Both the position numbers and the translations under genes were made by a program. The notes under the pieces are model-generated. The model did not search any database, was not told the DNA's origin, and saw only the letters and a program-made list of their open reading frames with translations. From Nannocystales bacterium (GTDB lineage Bacteria > Myxococcota_A > Polyangia > Nannocystales > Nannocystaceae), in assembly GCA_050633305.1 (NCBI GenBank), contig JBOEGF010000004.1, positions 416,878 through 480,877 on the forward strand: a stretch of DNA of 64,000 bases, in the 5' to 3' direction. Of the stretch, positions 26,321 to 36,593 are shown piece by piece; positions within the stretch are counted from its first letter, which is position 1; each line of letters begins with the position of its first letter.

Positions 26321-29300
26321 TCAACGGACCAGGAACTCGACGTCGACGAGTCCACCCGTCTGAATCTGAGGCGGACGCAATCGGATCACCTGCCCCCGAA
26401 CCCCCGCCGGACCCCCTCGCCCGCCAGCATCCACGACGTATGCTGTGTTGGGCGTGGGACCGGGGATGATGCTGATCGGGTAGACCATCACGGTGTTGCC
26501 CACGACAGCCGGCTCCGAGATTGGGATGTAGCCCGCAGTGGCGGCGAAGGTCGTCGCGTAGTTCCGCGGGATACGAGCCCGATTGAACTGCCGGAACTCG
26601 GTCGGGTACCGGGTCGTGTAGACCTGCCCGTTTGCGTCCGTCACATCCACGTTAGAGGAGAGCGCCAACAGGTCGACCAGGTCGAGCACCAGGCTGATGC
26701 TTGGCGTCGAGAAGCGGATCGCCGGGACCGGCTCCCCTTCGTACTCCATCTGGTGGAAAAGCGTCGACTCCCCTTCCGAGCGACGCGCCACGATCCGGCA
26801 AGGGTTGGGGTCCTGCGGCGAGGCCTCGTCGGGGTTGGGGCAGTCGGGGATCCCCACGAAGGGATCGTTGAAGACCGACGACTGATCGGACCCGAGCCGA
26901 AGCCTCGAGGTCAGCAACTCGCTCGCAGCCTCGTTCTCGCGGCACTCTCCAGTCGCGGGGTCGAGCACCACCCGCGTGCTGATGAAGCCCGGCGCCGGAT
27001 CCCCAATGACCGTGAAGCTCTCGCGGGTCCTCACGACGTAGTCGACGAGTTCCGCAAAACACCGCGGCCCGGGAAGCAGGGCCTGGGTGCATTCACGCTG
27101 CCCCGGCTCACAGGGTCGCTGACACTGCTGATCGACGCACAGCGCGCCTTCGCCGTAGTGGCCGCAGTCCGCGTCGACATCACACTCGAAGCAGTCGGGA
27201 CTACCCAACGGGCACGGCCCGCGGCAGAAGCCATCGGCCGCGCACAGAAACTCACCGTCCCCGTTGAGGGACGAGCACTCCGCGTCGCTGTCGCACCCTC
27301 GACCTTCCGCCGGCTGATTGACCGTGGCCGGGTCGTTCGGAAGCTCGCATGTGTACCGGTCCACGACCTCCTGCATGCCGATGACGCTCAGATCCTCCCC
27401 CTCCGTCGGTGCCAATCCGGTCTCCGGATCGACTGCGCGAAGGTGAGATTCGAGCGGACGGTCAAGCGCTTGAATGTGCAGCTCGTCCTGAAACGCCCGC
27501 GTCACCAGATACTCCCGCCGAGGCGTGCCACAGGCATCGTTGATGAAGGGCGCGCAGACCTGCCGCAGCACCTCGAACTCCTCCTCGTACGCCTGTGCGG
27601 AGATGCAGATGCCCGACGCGCTGCTCGGCGCCGTCGGCTCCCGCAGGCAGCGCTGACCGAGCCCGCAGTCGTCGTCGGTGCCGCACCCGAGAATGACGAG
27701 TTTGTCCCCGGGGAGGACCCCGTTGTCGCAGAACGATGCCGACTCATCGACGAGTCGCGCCCCTTCCGACGTGCTCCCGTCGGCCAAGATGCAGGTGCCG
27801 TTCTCCCAGCCAGGCGTGTCGCACTCGACTCGGCCCGTCGCACTCCGCGTCCCTGGGATCGTCCCTTCCCACGTCAGCGTCCAACGCACCGGCGCCCACT
27901 GCTGGTAGTCCCGCACCACCGCGCGGACGGCCTCGTTTGCGTAGACCGCGTCGCCTTCGAACAAACCCAGGCCGTCGGCGTTGCTGGGGTTCCCCAGACT
28001 CTCGGCGCGAGCGATGCGGGCCTCGGAGACCGCGCCGTCGCCCGGAGGAAGGGAGTACGCCAAATCGATGCGGCGCAGGGTCGGGCTCAACTCCTGGGCG
28101 GAGTACACATCGCCCACCAGCGCGCGTTCGGGCTCTTCATCCTCCACCGCAGGGAGCGTGGTGCTGCCCACGGCGATCGTCGTGGGGTCCTCGGAGGGCC
28201 AAAGACTGTGCGGAGGGATCGACAGATCCATGACCGCGGTGTTGATGTCTGCGTTCTCGGTCGGACCCTGTAGCTGGTTGAAGACCGACAAAACGATCCG
28301 GCCGAAGCTGGTCGTGCCGACGCCCACGATCCCGGGGGCCTCGAACGGCGCTCCGACCGACCCCGCCGCATCTGCGACCCGGAAGAACGCCCAGTCTGTG
28401 AACCCGGCACCGCCACTGACCCGGATCCCAGGCCCCGCCGCGAACGGACGACGGTCCAGCGCAAGCCCTTGACCCCCACCGTCGGCGGCGATCGGGTTGC
28501 AGGAGGGAAACGGCGGGGACGTGGTCGTGGGATCGACCTGCGTATCGCACTCGACCCCCAGCGCATCGTCCTCGAACGCGCGGTCCACGACGTGTGTCGC
28601 CCCGTCGCCCCCGATGACATAGAGGAACTGGTGTTCCCCATCGAGCATCGATGTCGGGGGTACCGCGCGGATCTTGACGATGCCTTGCGGATCCTCGAGC
28701 GGAAGGGTCATCGCGCTGTCCTCCCAGGTACCGCTCGGCGCCCCCCCCTCAAACGCGAACGGAAGCTCCACGAGCATGTCGCTCCCTGAGCCGCCGACGA
28801 ACAACGACGCGTAGTCCAGGTTGGCGTCGGCGCCCAGATCCGTTTCGGGGTCGTACAGCTCGGGGCGCACGAGTTCGACCGCATTGGGGAAGAACCCATC
28901 CAAGCCGGAGGCCGGACGGCAATCCGCGGGGTCGTCGTCCGCACCGGCGCAGGTCTGGGGAGCTCCGTCAGGGAACTGGATCGGACAGTCGACGGGACAG
29001 TCCGGCGCGGTTCCTGCGTCGGTGACTTCGACAGAGCCATCGGGCATCGCCTCGAACTGACGACTCTGCAGCAGACGGCCGGTGCTCAGGTCGACCTCGG
29101 CCAGGAGCTGACAGGTCGGGAAGGTCACCCACGCGCTTCCACGCGCATCGTTCTGACACTGGTTGTCCTCGAACCCGTCGCCGGCCACCGGCTCGGGCGC
29201 GGTCGAACTCGCGGTGCTCAGATCCCGTGGAGCGGTGACCAACGCGCCAGGCCTCGCGCCCAGCGGAAGCCCATCCGATCGAAGCGGGATGAGCTTGGAG

Positions 29301-29881
29301 ACCAGGGAACTTGGCGCGACTTGGTCGGCATTGTCGGTCTCGAGCGCGATCGCGGCGAGGCCGAGCCCGTCGAGCAGGGTCAGGTCGCAGCTTCCCGCGT
29401 TGGCCGTGATCACCCGGCAGCCGAGCGTTGTGGATTCGATCTCCGAAGGGAGCTGTCCCACGGGCACGAGCTGGTAGCCGGGCGCGTTGGTGTCGACGTC
29501 CACCACTGCGGCCGTCGTGTCGCACCGCCGAAACACCGCAACTTCGTTCCTCTCGCTGTTGGCGACGTAGCCAATGAGCTGCGGCCCCTCCTCCGCGCAG
29601 CTCGGAAGGGCCTCCTGTGCGCAGTCGCCCAGCCCGAGAGCGGTCAGGGAATCGTCTTCTTCGAGGCGCACGCACGTCAACGTGACGTCCAACGGCCGAT
29701 CGAGAACGCGGTTCGGCACCTGCACTCGGCTTTGCTGCTGGCACCCACCGGTCAGCAGGACGGAGGCGACCAGGCCCAGGCCAGAGACCAGGCCAACGAC
29801 ACGACCTGCAGATGAGTCGGTGGGCCGACCGACACCACGACGGGGATGAGACGAGACAGCGCGTGTGCGAAAGGAATTCAT
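26321..29881 (-). CDS. Large Cys-rich lipoprotein with beta-propeller-like segments and EGF/Dickkopf-like Cys modules
   Basis: Lipobox LTGGC; YVANSERNEVAV, CDSDAEC/CDVDADC repeats, AYVVDAG; ATGA overlap with the upstream gene. Confidence 0.8.
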   Translation of the reverse strand: MNSFRTRAVSSHPRRGVGRPTDSSAGRVVGLVSGLGLVASVLLTGGCQQQSRVQVPNRVLDRPLDVTLTCVRLEEDDSLTALGLGDCAQEALPSCAEEGPQLIGYVANSERNEVAVFRRCDTTAAVVDVDTNAPGYQLVPVGQLPSEIESTTLGCRVITANAGSCDLTLLDGLGLAAIALETDNADQVAPSSLVSKLIPLRSDGLPLGARPGALVTAPRDLSTASSTAPEPVAGDGFEDNQCQNDARGSAWVTFPTCQLLAEVDLSTGRLLQSRQFEAMPDGSVEVTDAGTAPDCPVDCPIQFPDGAPQTCAGADDDPADCRPASGLDGFFPNAVELVRPELYDPETDLGADANLDYASLFVGGSGSDMLVELPFAFEGGAPSGTWEDSAMTLPLEDPQGIVKIRAVPPTSMLDGEHQFLYVIGGDGATHVVDRAFEDDALGVECDTQVDPTTTSPPFPSCNPIAADGGGQGLALDRRPFAAGPGIRVSGGAGFTDWAFFRVADAAGSVGAPFEAPGIVGVGTTSFGRIVLSVFNQLQGPTENADINTAVMDLSIPPHSLWPSEDPTTIAVGSTTLPAVEDEEPERALVGDVYSAQELSPTLRRIDLAYSLPPGDGAVSEARIARAESLGNPSNADGLGLFEGDAVYANEAVRAVVRDYQQWAPVRWTLTWEGTIPGTRSATGRVECDTPGWENGTCILADGSTSEGARLVDESASFCDNGVLPGDKLVILGCGTDDDCGLGQRCLREPTAPSSASGICISAQAYEEEFEVLRQVCAPFINDACGTPRREYLVTRAFQDELHIQALDRPLESHLRAVDPETGLAPTEGEDLSVIGMQEVVDRYTCELPNDPATVNQPAEGRGCDSDAECSSLNGDGEFLCAADGFCRGPCPLGSPDCFECDVDADCGHYGEGALCVDQQCQRPCEPGQRECTQALLPGPRCFAELVDYVVRTRESFTVIGDPAPGFISTRVVLDPATGECRENEAASELLTSRLRLGSDQSSVFNDPFVGIPDCPNPDEASPQDPNPCRIVARRSEGESTLFHQMEYEGEPVPAIRFSTPSISLVLDLVDLLALSSNVDVTDANGQVYTTRYPTEFRQFNRARIPRNYATTFAATAGYIPISEPAVVGNTVMVYPISIIPGPTPNTAYVVDAGGRGGPAGVRGQVIRLRPPQIQTGGLVDVEFLVR

Positions 29882-31578
29882 CGGCTGAACGGCTCCTGCA
29901 GGCCAATGCGAGCGATTTCTTTGAACCGCGAGTTCCGACTGAGCCCGACGTCGATGACGCTCACGGACCCCTCGAGAAGGTTGGCGACGTAGAGCATGCC
30001 GCGAGCTTCATCAAGGATGACGTCGTGGGGACCTGTGCCCGTGATGATCGTATCGACGACCTGCTCGGCCCGAAGATCAACTACGTAGACGTACGCGGCC
30101 TGGAAGCACGCGACGAACGCGAGCCCCTGCTCCTCCCAAACCTGGAAGCGCGAGGGTTGGTCGCAAACCTCGATGGGTCGCCCCGCCGGAATGTCGACCG
30201 GCTCCCCATTTTCGACCGAAGTATCCAGCCGCAGCAGCGCGCCGGGGTTGGTCTGCAAGACCAACAGCTCGTCGCCGCAGGCGTCACCGAACTGAACGTC
30301 CCCAAGCGCTTCGGACCGAGTCGCGGCGAGCGGGTCCACCCCGCCGACTGGGAAGCGCACGACGTTGCGAATCTGGGGCTCGCAGATCAGCGCGCACTCG
30401 TTGCCGACCTCGTCCGGGCTTGCGCAGTACGGGCCGAGGTAGTTGCCCTGGTCGTCCTCACACCCGTCGCGTTCGGTGCCCCCCCCGGGCAGGTCTTCCT
30501 CCTCGATGCCCGAAGCGGTGAAGCTGGTCGCGAGCAACTGGAAACGGAGCGAGCTGTAGACCAGCGGGCGCGTGCAGTCTTGCGTGATCGAAGGCGTGTT
30601 GAAGCCCGGCGTGTCGTCTTGCGCATCCCCGCAAGCGCCACACGGTCGGGTCGCCAACCCAAACCCTCCGCTGAAGACGGTTGCCGTGGTGGGGCTGTAC
30701 ACGCTGCTGATATCGACGATCGCGGGGCGGCCATCACCGCCCTGGAGGCCGTCGAGATCGATGACCGAGACCGAAGGTCCGCCACTGTGGGCGACGAAGG
30801 CATACCGATAGCCCTCCCCCTCGCTCACATGGATGTTGAATGGCTCGCGGGGAAGCTCCTCGAGCGTGCCGTCGTTGCGAAGGTTGCGGAGACGGAAGTC
30901 ATCCCCACACCGCGCCTCGTCGAGCGCTTCCCCATCGCCGCGCGCCTGACCGCAGTCCAGGTCGGGAGCTTCGGGCCAGGGTTCCTTGACGTCGATGTAC
31001 GTGACACTCGGGTCGCCTCGAACAGGGATCCAAAGACGGGGTGTCCCCGAAGGCTCGACGGAGGTTGCGATGTGGGTCGAGAAGTCCCCCAAGCGGACGC
31101 CGTCGACGACAAACGGGCCTTCGTCACACTCGACGACCTGCGGCAGCAGGCCCAGTCGCCGGCATGGGAAGTCGTCGGTGGTCTTCGAGCCCACATCGAG
31201 CACACAACGCTCCCCGGGACCCTCGCAGAACGCATACGGGGAGTACGACAGCGTCGGGTTGCCCTCCTCGTCGGGCGGTCCGTCGTCGGACCACGCCTCG
31301 AAGAACGCATCGAGATCGATCACGCTCACCGACCCGCCGTTGAAGTTCAAATCGTTGTTCCCGTTGGAGACGAACAGGTACCGCGAGGCCTCGCCCTCGG
31401 GCGTGCGAGGGTCGAGCGCCAGCCCTTCGGGGAAGAACAGGTTGCCGACGGGGGCATCGATCCCGGTGTTCGGATCGGAGCAGCCCGTCAGAGCACCCGT
31501 CAGTGCGCCCGCGAGGAGGGGTACCGCGAGAAAACGCGGCAGCGGGCGGCTGCGCCCAGAGGTGTTGCGGTGCGACAC
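29878..31578 (-). CDS. YncE/YVTN-type beta-propeller lipoprotein
   Basis: Lipobox LTGC; LFVSNGN, GSVSVIDL (repeated), GTGPHDVIL, LYVANLLEGSVSVID; start GTG 31578 is inferred. Confidence 0.82.
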   Translation of the reverse strand: MSHRNTSGRSRPLPRFLAVPLLAGALTGALTGCSDPNTGIDAPVGNLFFPEGLALDPRTPEGEASRYLFVSNGNNDLNFNGGSVSVIDLDAFFEAWSDDGPPDEEGNPTLSYSPYAFCEGPGERCVLDVGSKTTDDFPCRRLGLLPQVVECDEGPFVVDGVRLGDFSTHIATSVEPSGTPRLWIPVRGDPSVTYIDVKEPWPEAPDLDCGQARGDGEALDEARCGDDFRLRNLRNDGTLEELPREPFNIHVSEGEGYRYAFVAHSGGPSVSVIDLDGLQGGDGRPAIVDISSVYSPTTATVFSGGFGLATRPCGACGDAQDDTPGFNTPSITQDCTRPLVYSSLRFQLLATSFTASGIEEEDLPGGGTERDGCEDDQGNYLGPYCASPDEVGNECALICEPQIRNVVRFPVGGVDPLAATRSEALGDVQFGDACGDELLVLQTNPGALLRLDTSVENGEPVDIPAGRPIEVCDQPSRFQVWEEQGLAFVACFQAAYVYVVDLRAEQVVDTIITGTGPHDVILDEARGMLYVANLLEGSVSVIDVGLSRNSRFKEIARIGLQEPFSR

Positions 31579-31654
31579 GGCCGGGAAACCTACCACAACG
31601 CTCCAACCCGCCAAGCGGGGTTTGGGACCCATCGCAGGCGCATGGAGACGCCGA

Positions 31655-32446
31655 TCACGGAGCGTCGTCGGTCGCGCGATCAACCGCACCACGAGGGGTC
31701 AGCGCCGCCAAAAACTCGAGTGAGCGCAGCGGTCGACGCAGGTGCGGACGCAGGACCGACTGCACCAGGTCGCGAAGCGCCCGCCGGACCTCGGTCGGCG
31801 CCCCGGTGGCCGCCTCCCACGCCGCCTCGGGCTCTGCGTCACGATGCAGGGCAGTCGCGAGTGCAAGCGTCTCGGCTGGAATGCGCGGCGCGCCTACCCC
31901 ATGCACGACACACAGCGCTCCTCCGCGTCCGGCGACGAACGCGGTCTCTGCTCCGATACCCGTAGCGGCGCCGCAAACACAGCAGGATTCGAGGGACGGG
32001 AGCAGCCCGAGACTGTCCAGCAGGCGCAGCTCATAGCGCCGCATGACCGCCGGGCGCGGCGGGCTGCGCAACGTCTCCCCGACCGCCTCGGCCAGTGCCG
32101 CGAAACTCCGCGGATCGGGTTCCGGCTCGACGACGAGCACGTCGGTGAGTTCACACAGGTAGTTGACGTAGGCGAAACGAGTGAGATCCCGGCCCAGGCC
32201 GCTCACCTCGGCGATCGACGCGAACCCGTCGAGCCGCCACATCGCCCCTTCTCGGCGGCGCGAGACCGTCGCCTGCCCCAGCGCGCCCGCCGGCAGCCCC
32301 CCAGCGAACCGCCGCTTCGAGTTCCGAGCGTTTTTGGCGGCGGTGCGCACCTTCCCCAGGTCGGCGGTCAGCAACACCACCATCAGGTCCGCTTCTCCCA
32401 AGGCCGACGTGCCGAGCACCACCGCGGGCGTCTTGACCTGGCTCAC
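31655..32446 (-). CDS. recO: DNA repair protein RecO
   Basis: GEADLMVVLLT..LGKV..AKNARNSKRRF OB-fold N-terminus; YELRLL..LGLLP; CCVCG...GGALC zinc motif. Confidence 0.93.
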   Translation of the reverse strand: MSQVKTPAVVLGTSALGEADLMVVLLTADLGKVRTAAKNARNSKRRFAGGLPAGALGQATVSRRREGAMWRLDGFASIAEVSGLGRDLTRFAYVNYLCELTDVLVVEPEPDPRSFAALAEAVGETLRSPPRPAVMRRYELRLLDSLGLLPSLESCCVCGAATGIGAETAFVAGRGGALCVVHGVGAPRIPAETLALATALHRDAEPEAAWEAATGAPTEVRRALRDLVQSVLRPHLRRPLRSLEFLAALTPRGAVDRATDDAP

Positions 32447-33804
32447 CCAAGCCCCAGCAGACGAGAGGCGAGCCAGAAGTAGAACAACAGGCCGGCGATG
32501 TCGACCGAGGTCGTGACGAACGGACCGGTGGCGACCGCGGGGTCGATGTCGAGGCGGTCGAGCAGAAGCGGGGTGCTCGTCCCCACGGCGGCGGCGATGG
32601 TCATCGACCCCGCGGTCCCCAACGCGACCACGATCCCCAGTCGGAACGGATCCGTCGAGGGCTCCGCGACGCCCATCGACACCAGCCCGATCAGGATTCC
32701 AAACAGCAGCCCCATCACGACCCCCAGGCTCACCTCACGCACGACCAGACGCCGGACGCGGTCCGCTTCGATGTATCCGACCGCAAGACCCCGCACCACG
32801 ATCGTAGAAGACTGAATCCCAATGTTGCCGCCCATCGCCGCGACGACCGGCATGAAAAAGGCGAGTTCGGGTGCGGTCGCCAAGATGCCGTCGAACCCGC
32901 TCAGGCTCAGCGCCGCCAAGGTGCCGCCGACTGCCGCCGCCATCAGCCACCGCCAACGAACTCGCAGAGCGCCCGTGAAAGACCGCGCGTCGGCAAGGTC
33001 TTCTCCGGCACCGGCCATTTTGAGGATGTCCTCCGTGGCCTCCTCGCGGATGACGTCGACCACATCGTCGACATCGATGACCCCGATCAACCGTCGCTGG
33101 TCGTCGACCACCGGGACCGCCACCAGGTCGTAGCGGCTGACCATCTCCGCCACGTCCTCCTGGTCGGTATCCGCCGCAACCGTCGTGACCTCGGTCAGCA
33201 TGATGTCTCGCAACGGTTGCTCGGGCCGCGAGATGACCAGCATCCGCAGCGAGCACACCCCCACAAGGCGGTCCTCCTCGTCGCAGACGTACACGTAGAA
33301 CGCGTTCTCCGGCGTCTCCTCGGACGCCTGAATGACCTCCAGAGCGTCGCGAACCGATGCTTCGGGGAAACACGAGAAGAACTGCGGCGACATGAGACCG
33401 CCGGCGGTCTCTTCGTCGTACGCGAGCAGGTCCTCGATCTCATCCGCATCCTCGCGGTCGAGCTGCTTGAGGATGGCGCTCAGGGCTCCTTGGGGCAGGT
33501 AGCCGAGAATGTCGACCGCGTCGTCGGCGTCGAGGTCATCGACCACGCTCGCCGCCTCTTCAGGGGCGAGTGCAGCCACCAGGCCCGCCGCGCTTTCGTA
33601 GCGCATCGCCCCGATGATCTCCGCGCGACGCGGTGCGGGCACCAGGCGTAACGCAGCGAGCTGATCCTCGGTTTCCAGGTTGTCGAGCTGCTGGGCGATC
33701 TCGACGTCGTCGAGCCGCTCCAGCGCCCGACGGAGCCGACGCTTGTCTCCCGCACGCAGCAGCGTGTGCAGGATCCGGATCTTGCGGGTACGCATCGTCG
33801 CCAT
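32443..33804 (-). CDS. mgtE: Magnesium transporter MgtE
   Basis: N-domain, YDEETAGGLM, CBS pair, MGGNIGIQS, DPAVATGPFVTTSVD. Confidence 0.95.
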   Translation of the reverse strand: MATMRTRKIRILHTLLRAGDKRRLRRALERLDDVEIAQQLDNLETEDQLAALRLVPAPRRAEIIGAMRYESAAGLVAALAPEEAASVVDDLDADDAVDILGYLPQGALSAILKQLDREDADEIEDLLAYDEETAGGLMSPQFFSCFPEASVRDALEVIQASEETPENAFYVYVCDEEDRLVGVCSLRMLVISRPEQPLRDIMLTEVTTVAADTDQEDVAEMVSRYDLVAVPVVDDQRRLIGVIDVDDVVDVIREEATEDILKMAGAGEDLADARSFTGALRVRWRWLMAAAVGGTLAALSLSGFDGILATAPELAFFMPVVAAMGGNIGIQSSTIVVRGLAVGYIEADRVRRLVVREVSLGVVMGLLFGILIGLVSMGVAEPSTDPFRLGIVVALGTAGSMTIAAAVGTSTPLLLDRLDIDPAVATGPFVTTSVDIAGLLFYFWLASRLLGLG

Positions 33805-33853
33805 AGCGAGACCGCGCGGATGATATCGGTCCTGCGGACGCCCGACGAGGGAA

Positions 33854-34534
33854 CTAGGTCGGCCCGATGCTGCTGACGCCCAGCAAGTTGAACGCGGCCA
33901 TCATGACCATCGCGACGAACAGCGCCACCGCGACCCAGAGCATCATCGAGACCCCGCCGCTGCCGACGAGCCGACCCAGGCCGGCAAACAAGTCCATGCC
34001 GCCAGCTTGGGCAGGACTTCCCACGACAGGGGGCGCTGCACCGTTCGAGGCTGGTTCGGTCTCAGGAGTTTCTGGGGAACCCGCCGACTCAGCCGGATCC
34101 GAGGGCGTCGCCGGAGCTGCGGGCGCAGCCGAGCTGGTGGGTGGTGCCGCAGTCGTCGCGGCGGGTCGTTCACGGCGCCGGGCGAGCAACAGCGCACGCT
34201 CGCGCTCATAGACCAGCTCCATCACGACCTCGGCCTCCAGGCCCAAGGCCCGCGCGCAGCATCGGAGGAACCCCTTGACGAACACTGGGCCCGGCAGCGA
34301 CTCGTGATGATCGGACTCGAGAAGCTCGAGACTCGAGCGCGGGATCTTCGTGGCGGCGGCGAGCTGGTCGATGCTCATGCCCTGCCGCTTTCGCTGCTCT
34401 TTGATGTAGCGGCCCGGAGACGGAACCCCGTCCGTCCCGGCGGAGCTCGGCAACTCTTCGGCACCGTCGTCACGACGGGCATCCGTTGCCGCCGCGGCGA
34501 CCACGCGCAACCGGCTCGTTTCTGCGTGCTGCAT
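33854..34534 (-). CDS. RodZ-like HTH (HTH_25) membrane protein lacking a periplasmic domain
   Basis: GRYIKEQR...TKIP...LE...LPGPVFVKGFLR..ARALGL; C-terminal TM. Confidence 0.85.
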   Translation of the reverse strand: MQHAETSRLRVVAAAATDARRDDGAEELPSSAGTDGVPSPGRYIKEQRKRQGMSIDQLAAATKIPRSSLELLESDHHESLPGPVFVKGFLRCCARALGLEAEVVMELVYERERALLLARRRERPAATTAAPPTSSAAPAAPATPSDPAESAGSPETPETEPASNGAAPPVVGSPAQAGGMDLFAGLGRLVGSGGVSMMLWVAVALFVAMVMMAAFNLLGVSSIGPT

Positions 34535-34609
34535 CGCGGCGAAGTGTTGCCCGCTGAACGCCCGGCCCGCAAGCGCTACGGATGCAAAACACGCCTGCGA
34601 GACGCCCCT

Positions 34610-35548
34610 CTAGCGCGTGCTTTGCAATGCCATCTCAGATTCCTCTGTATTGGCGGGCCCAAGCAGATGGCGGCAGTCCTCAGCCTGGCAACTTCGCGGA
34701 GCGAGATCCACACACTTTTGCAGCGCTTCGGCCGCGCCAGGTTCCTGCCCGAGACGCATTTGCGCGACCCCGGCGATGCGCCAGGCGTCTTGAATCGGGC
34801 ACTGGTCGTTCTCGGTCACCTGCTTGGCGTGCTCATACGCGTGTTCGTTCAGCCCCGAGTCCAGGTAGATCTGGGCGAGCCGGTAGTGCCCCACGCAGAA
34901 CGACGGGTTGATCAAGACAGCCTGACGAAGCGAGGCGGTGGCGCTGACCGTGTCCCCTTCGAGGTACTGCGCCCACCCGAGGTTGGAGAGCGCCGAGTAC
35001 CGCGCCGTATAGAACTGTTCGGCGAGGGCGAGCTCAGCGGACGAGGTTGCGTCATCGGTGTCGTGGAAGAACAGCGAGACGACCGACATCGAGTTGAGCG
35101 CCCGTCCACGCCCCGACGCGCCCTCCGGATACGCCGTCGCGGCGCGTTCAAAGGCATCTCCCGCCTCTCGGTGGAGCGACTCGGCCCGGACACGCTGTTG
35201 GGCGGCAGCATCATCTTGTAGACACTGCTGGATCTCGATCGCGTCGACGATCGACTTGCCCTCGTTGAGCAGGAGCACCCCTTGCAGGTAGTGCGAGTCG
35301 GCGTGTTCGGGGTCTTCGGAGAGTGCGCGATCGATCTGGATCCGAGCGTCGGAGAACATCCCGTTGTGGAACGAGCCGACGGCGACGTCGTAGTGTTTGT
35401 CGGCTCGGCTCGTCTTCTCGACGTCCGACTTCTTCCGGGACTTGGTCTCGGGACTGCTGGCGCACGCGGAGGCGACCACAGCGGCCGCGGTCACCACAGC
35501 AAAGCGGGCGACGGTTCGCACCAGGGACACTCCACGCGAAAACACCAT
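34610..35548 (-). CDS. tgl: TPR lipoprotein, Tgl/PilF/PilW-like type IV pilus secretin pilotin
   Basis: Lipobox ASAC; tandem TPRs; NLGWAQY, NPSFCVGHYRLA; position next to a RodZ-like gene matches the pilF-rodZ arrangement. Confidence 0.7.
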   Translation of the reverse strand: MVFSRGVSLVRTVARFAVVTAAAVVASACASSPETKSRKKSDVEKTSRADKHYDVAVGSFHNGMFSDARIQIDRALSEDPEHADSHYLQGVLLLNEGKSIVDAIEIQQCLQDDAAAQQRVRAESLHREAGDAFERAATAYPEGASGRGRALNSMSVVSLFFHDTDDATSSAELALAEQFYTARYSALSNLGWAQYLEGDTVSATASLRQAVLINPSFCVGHYRLAQIYLDSGLNEHAYEHAKQVTENDQCPIQDAWRIAGVAQMRLGQEPGAAEALQKCVDLAPRSCQAEDCRHLLGPANTEESEMALQSTR

Positions 35549-35715
35549 TGTCCGACCCTAGCGATCCGCGATCGGAGCCGCGAAAAATCCGCGAAAACCG
35601 GACCGCGAGAGCCGCAGTCCAGGGCTCGTTGCCGACCAGTCACCACGGGGGCCGCTTTGCCGTCGTGTCCCGGGTCGGCAGTGGCCGGGGCCCGCAGCCC
35701 TGGTATGATCATCTG

Positions 35716-36537
35716 GTGACTTCCCCGACTCTTGTCGCGATGGTCGAAGCGCGCCCCGATCGGCCGTTTTGGGGTCGGACCTGGGTCGAATCAGCGTTCA
35801 GCGCCCACATCCAGAATCCGGGCGGAGACCATGCGAAGCGCGGACTCGCGCACAACCTCTTGGGTTGGAGCGTGGGCGGGTGCATGGGTGCAGAGACGTT
35901 GGTCCAGTCGCGCCCGGTGGCTCGCGACACCGATGACCCGGTTGGTGATCTGCTCCGCTCCGGCGCGCGATGTTCGCTCGGGATCTACCACCCGACGTCT
36001 CGCTCGGGTCTGTCGAGCCAGCCGCCCCGAACCGCCCGCTTCCGTCGATGGATGGCGGTACTTACCGGACCTCGTCTTCACGAGCAGACCCGTTCGGACC
36101 TCCTTGGCTCCCTCCCCTCCTACTTGGCCCGAGATGCCGTGCGCGAACCCGACTGCCAGATCCAGCTGCTCGCGCTGCTCGATCAACTCTACTCGGCGAC
36201 CGGTTTTCAGAACGCATACGCGGAGCCCGGCGCCCTTGCCGAGGCGCTGGCCAAGTACAGCGAGGCTCGCGGGGACGAAGCCCCCCATGCGCTCTTCGTG
36301 AGCGACGGTCGCACCTTGGCGGTCCTGTTGAACCGAGGCTGTTTGCTGTCCTCGTACCCACCGGCGGATCTGCAGCCCTCAGGAGGTCTCGTTGCCACCA
36401 ACCCCGGCCACCTCCCCGCATCCCTTTTGATCTGGAACCCCGAGGCTCCGGCCCAACCCCCCCGCGACGCGGAGCGAATCGCCGAGGGGATCTTCACCGT
36501 CCATGCCGCCGAACCTGGCGTGGTTTCACGTCTTTAG
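35716..36537 (+). CDS. Class II glutamine amidotransferase-like protein (degenerate)
   Basis: GWSVG, RFRRW, LFVSDGRTL resemble GATase_4; start inferred at GTG 35716. Confidence 0.6.
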   Translation: MTSPTLVAMVEARPDRPFWGRTWVESAFSAHIQNPGGDHAKRGLAHNLLGWSVGGCMGAETLVQSRPVARDTDDPVGDLLRSGARCSLGIYHPTSRSGLSSQPPRTARFRRWMAVLTGPRLHEQTRSDLLGSLPSYLARDAVREPDCQIQLLALLDQLYSATGFQNAYAEPGALAEALAKYSEARGDEAPHALFVSDGRTLAVLLNRGCLLSSYPPADLQPSGGLVATNPGHLPASLLIWNPEAPAQPPRDAERIAEGIFTVHAAEPGVVSRL

Positions 36538-36593
36538 CGCCCAGCGGCGCCGTCCCGCAGCGCGGACGCATCTGGTACCTTCCGCGCTCCGAG

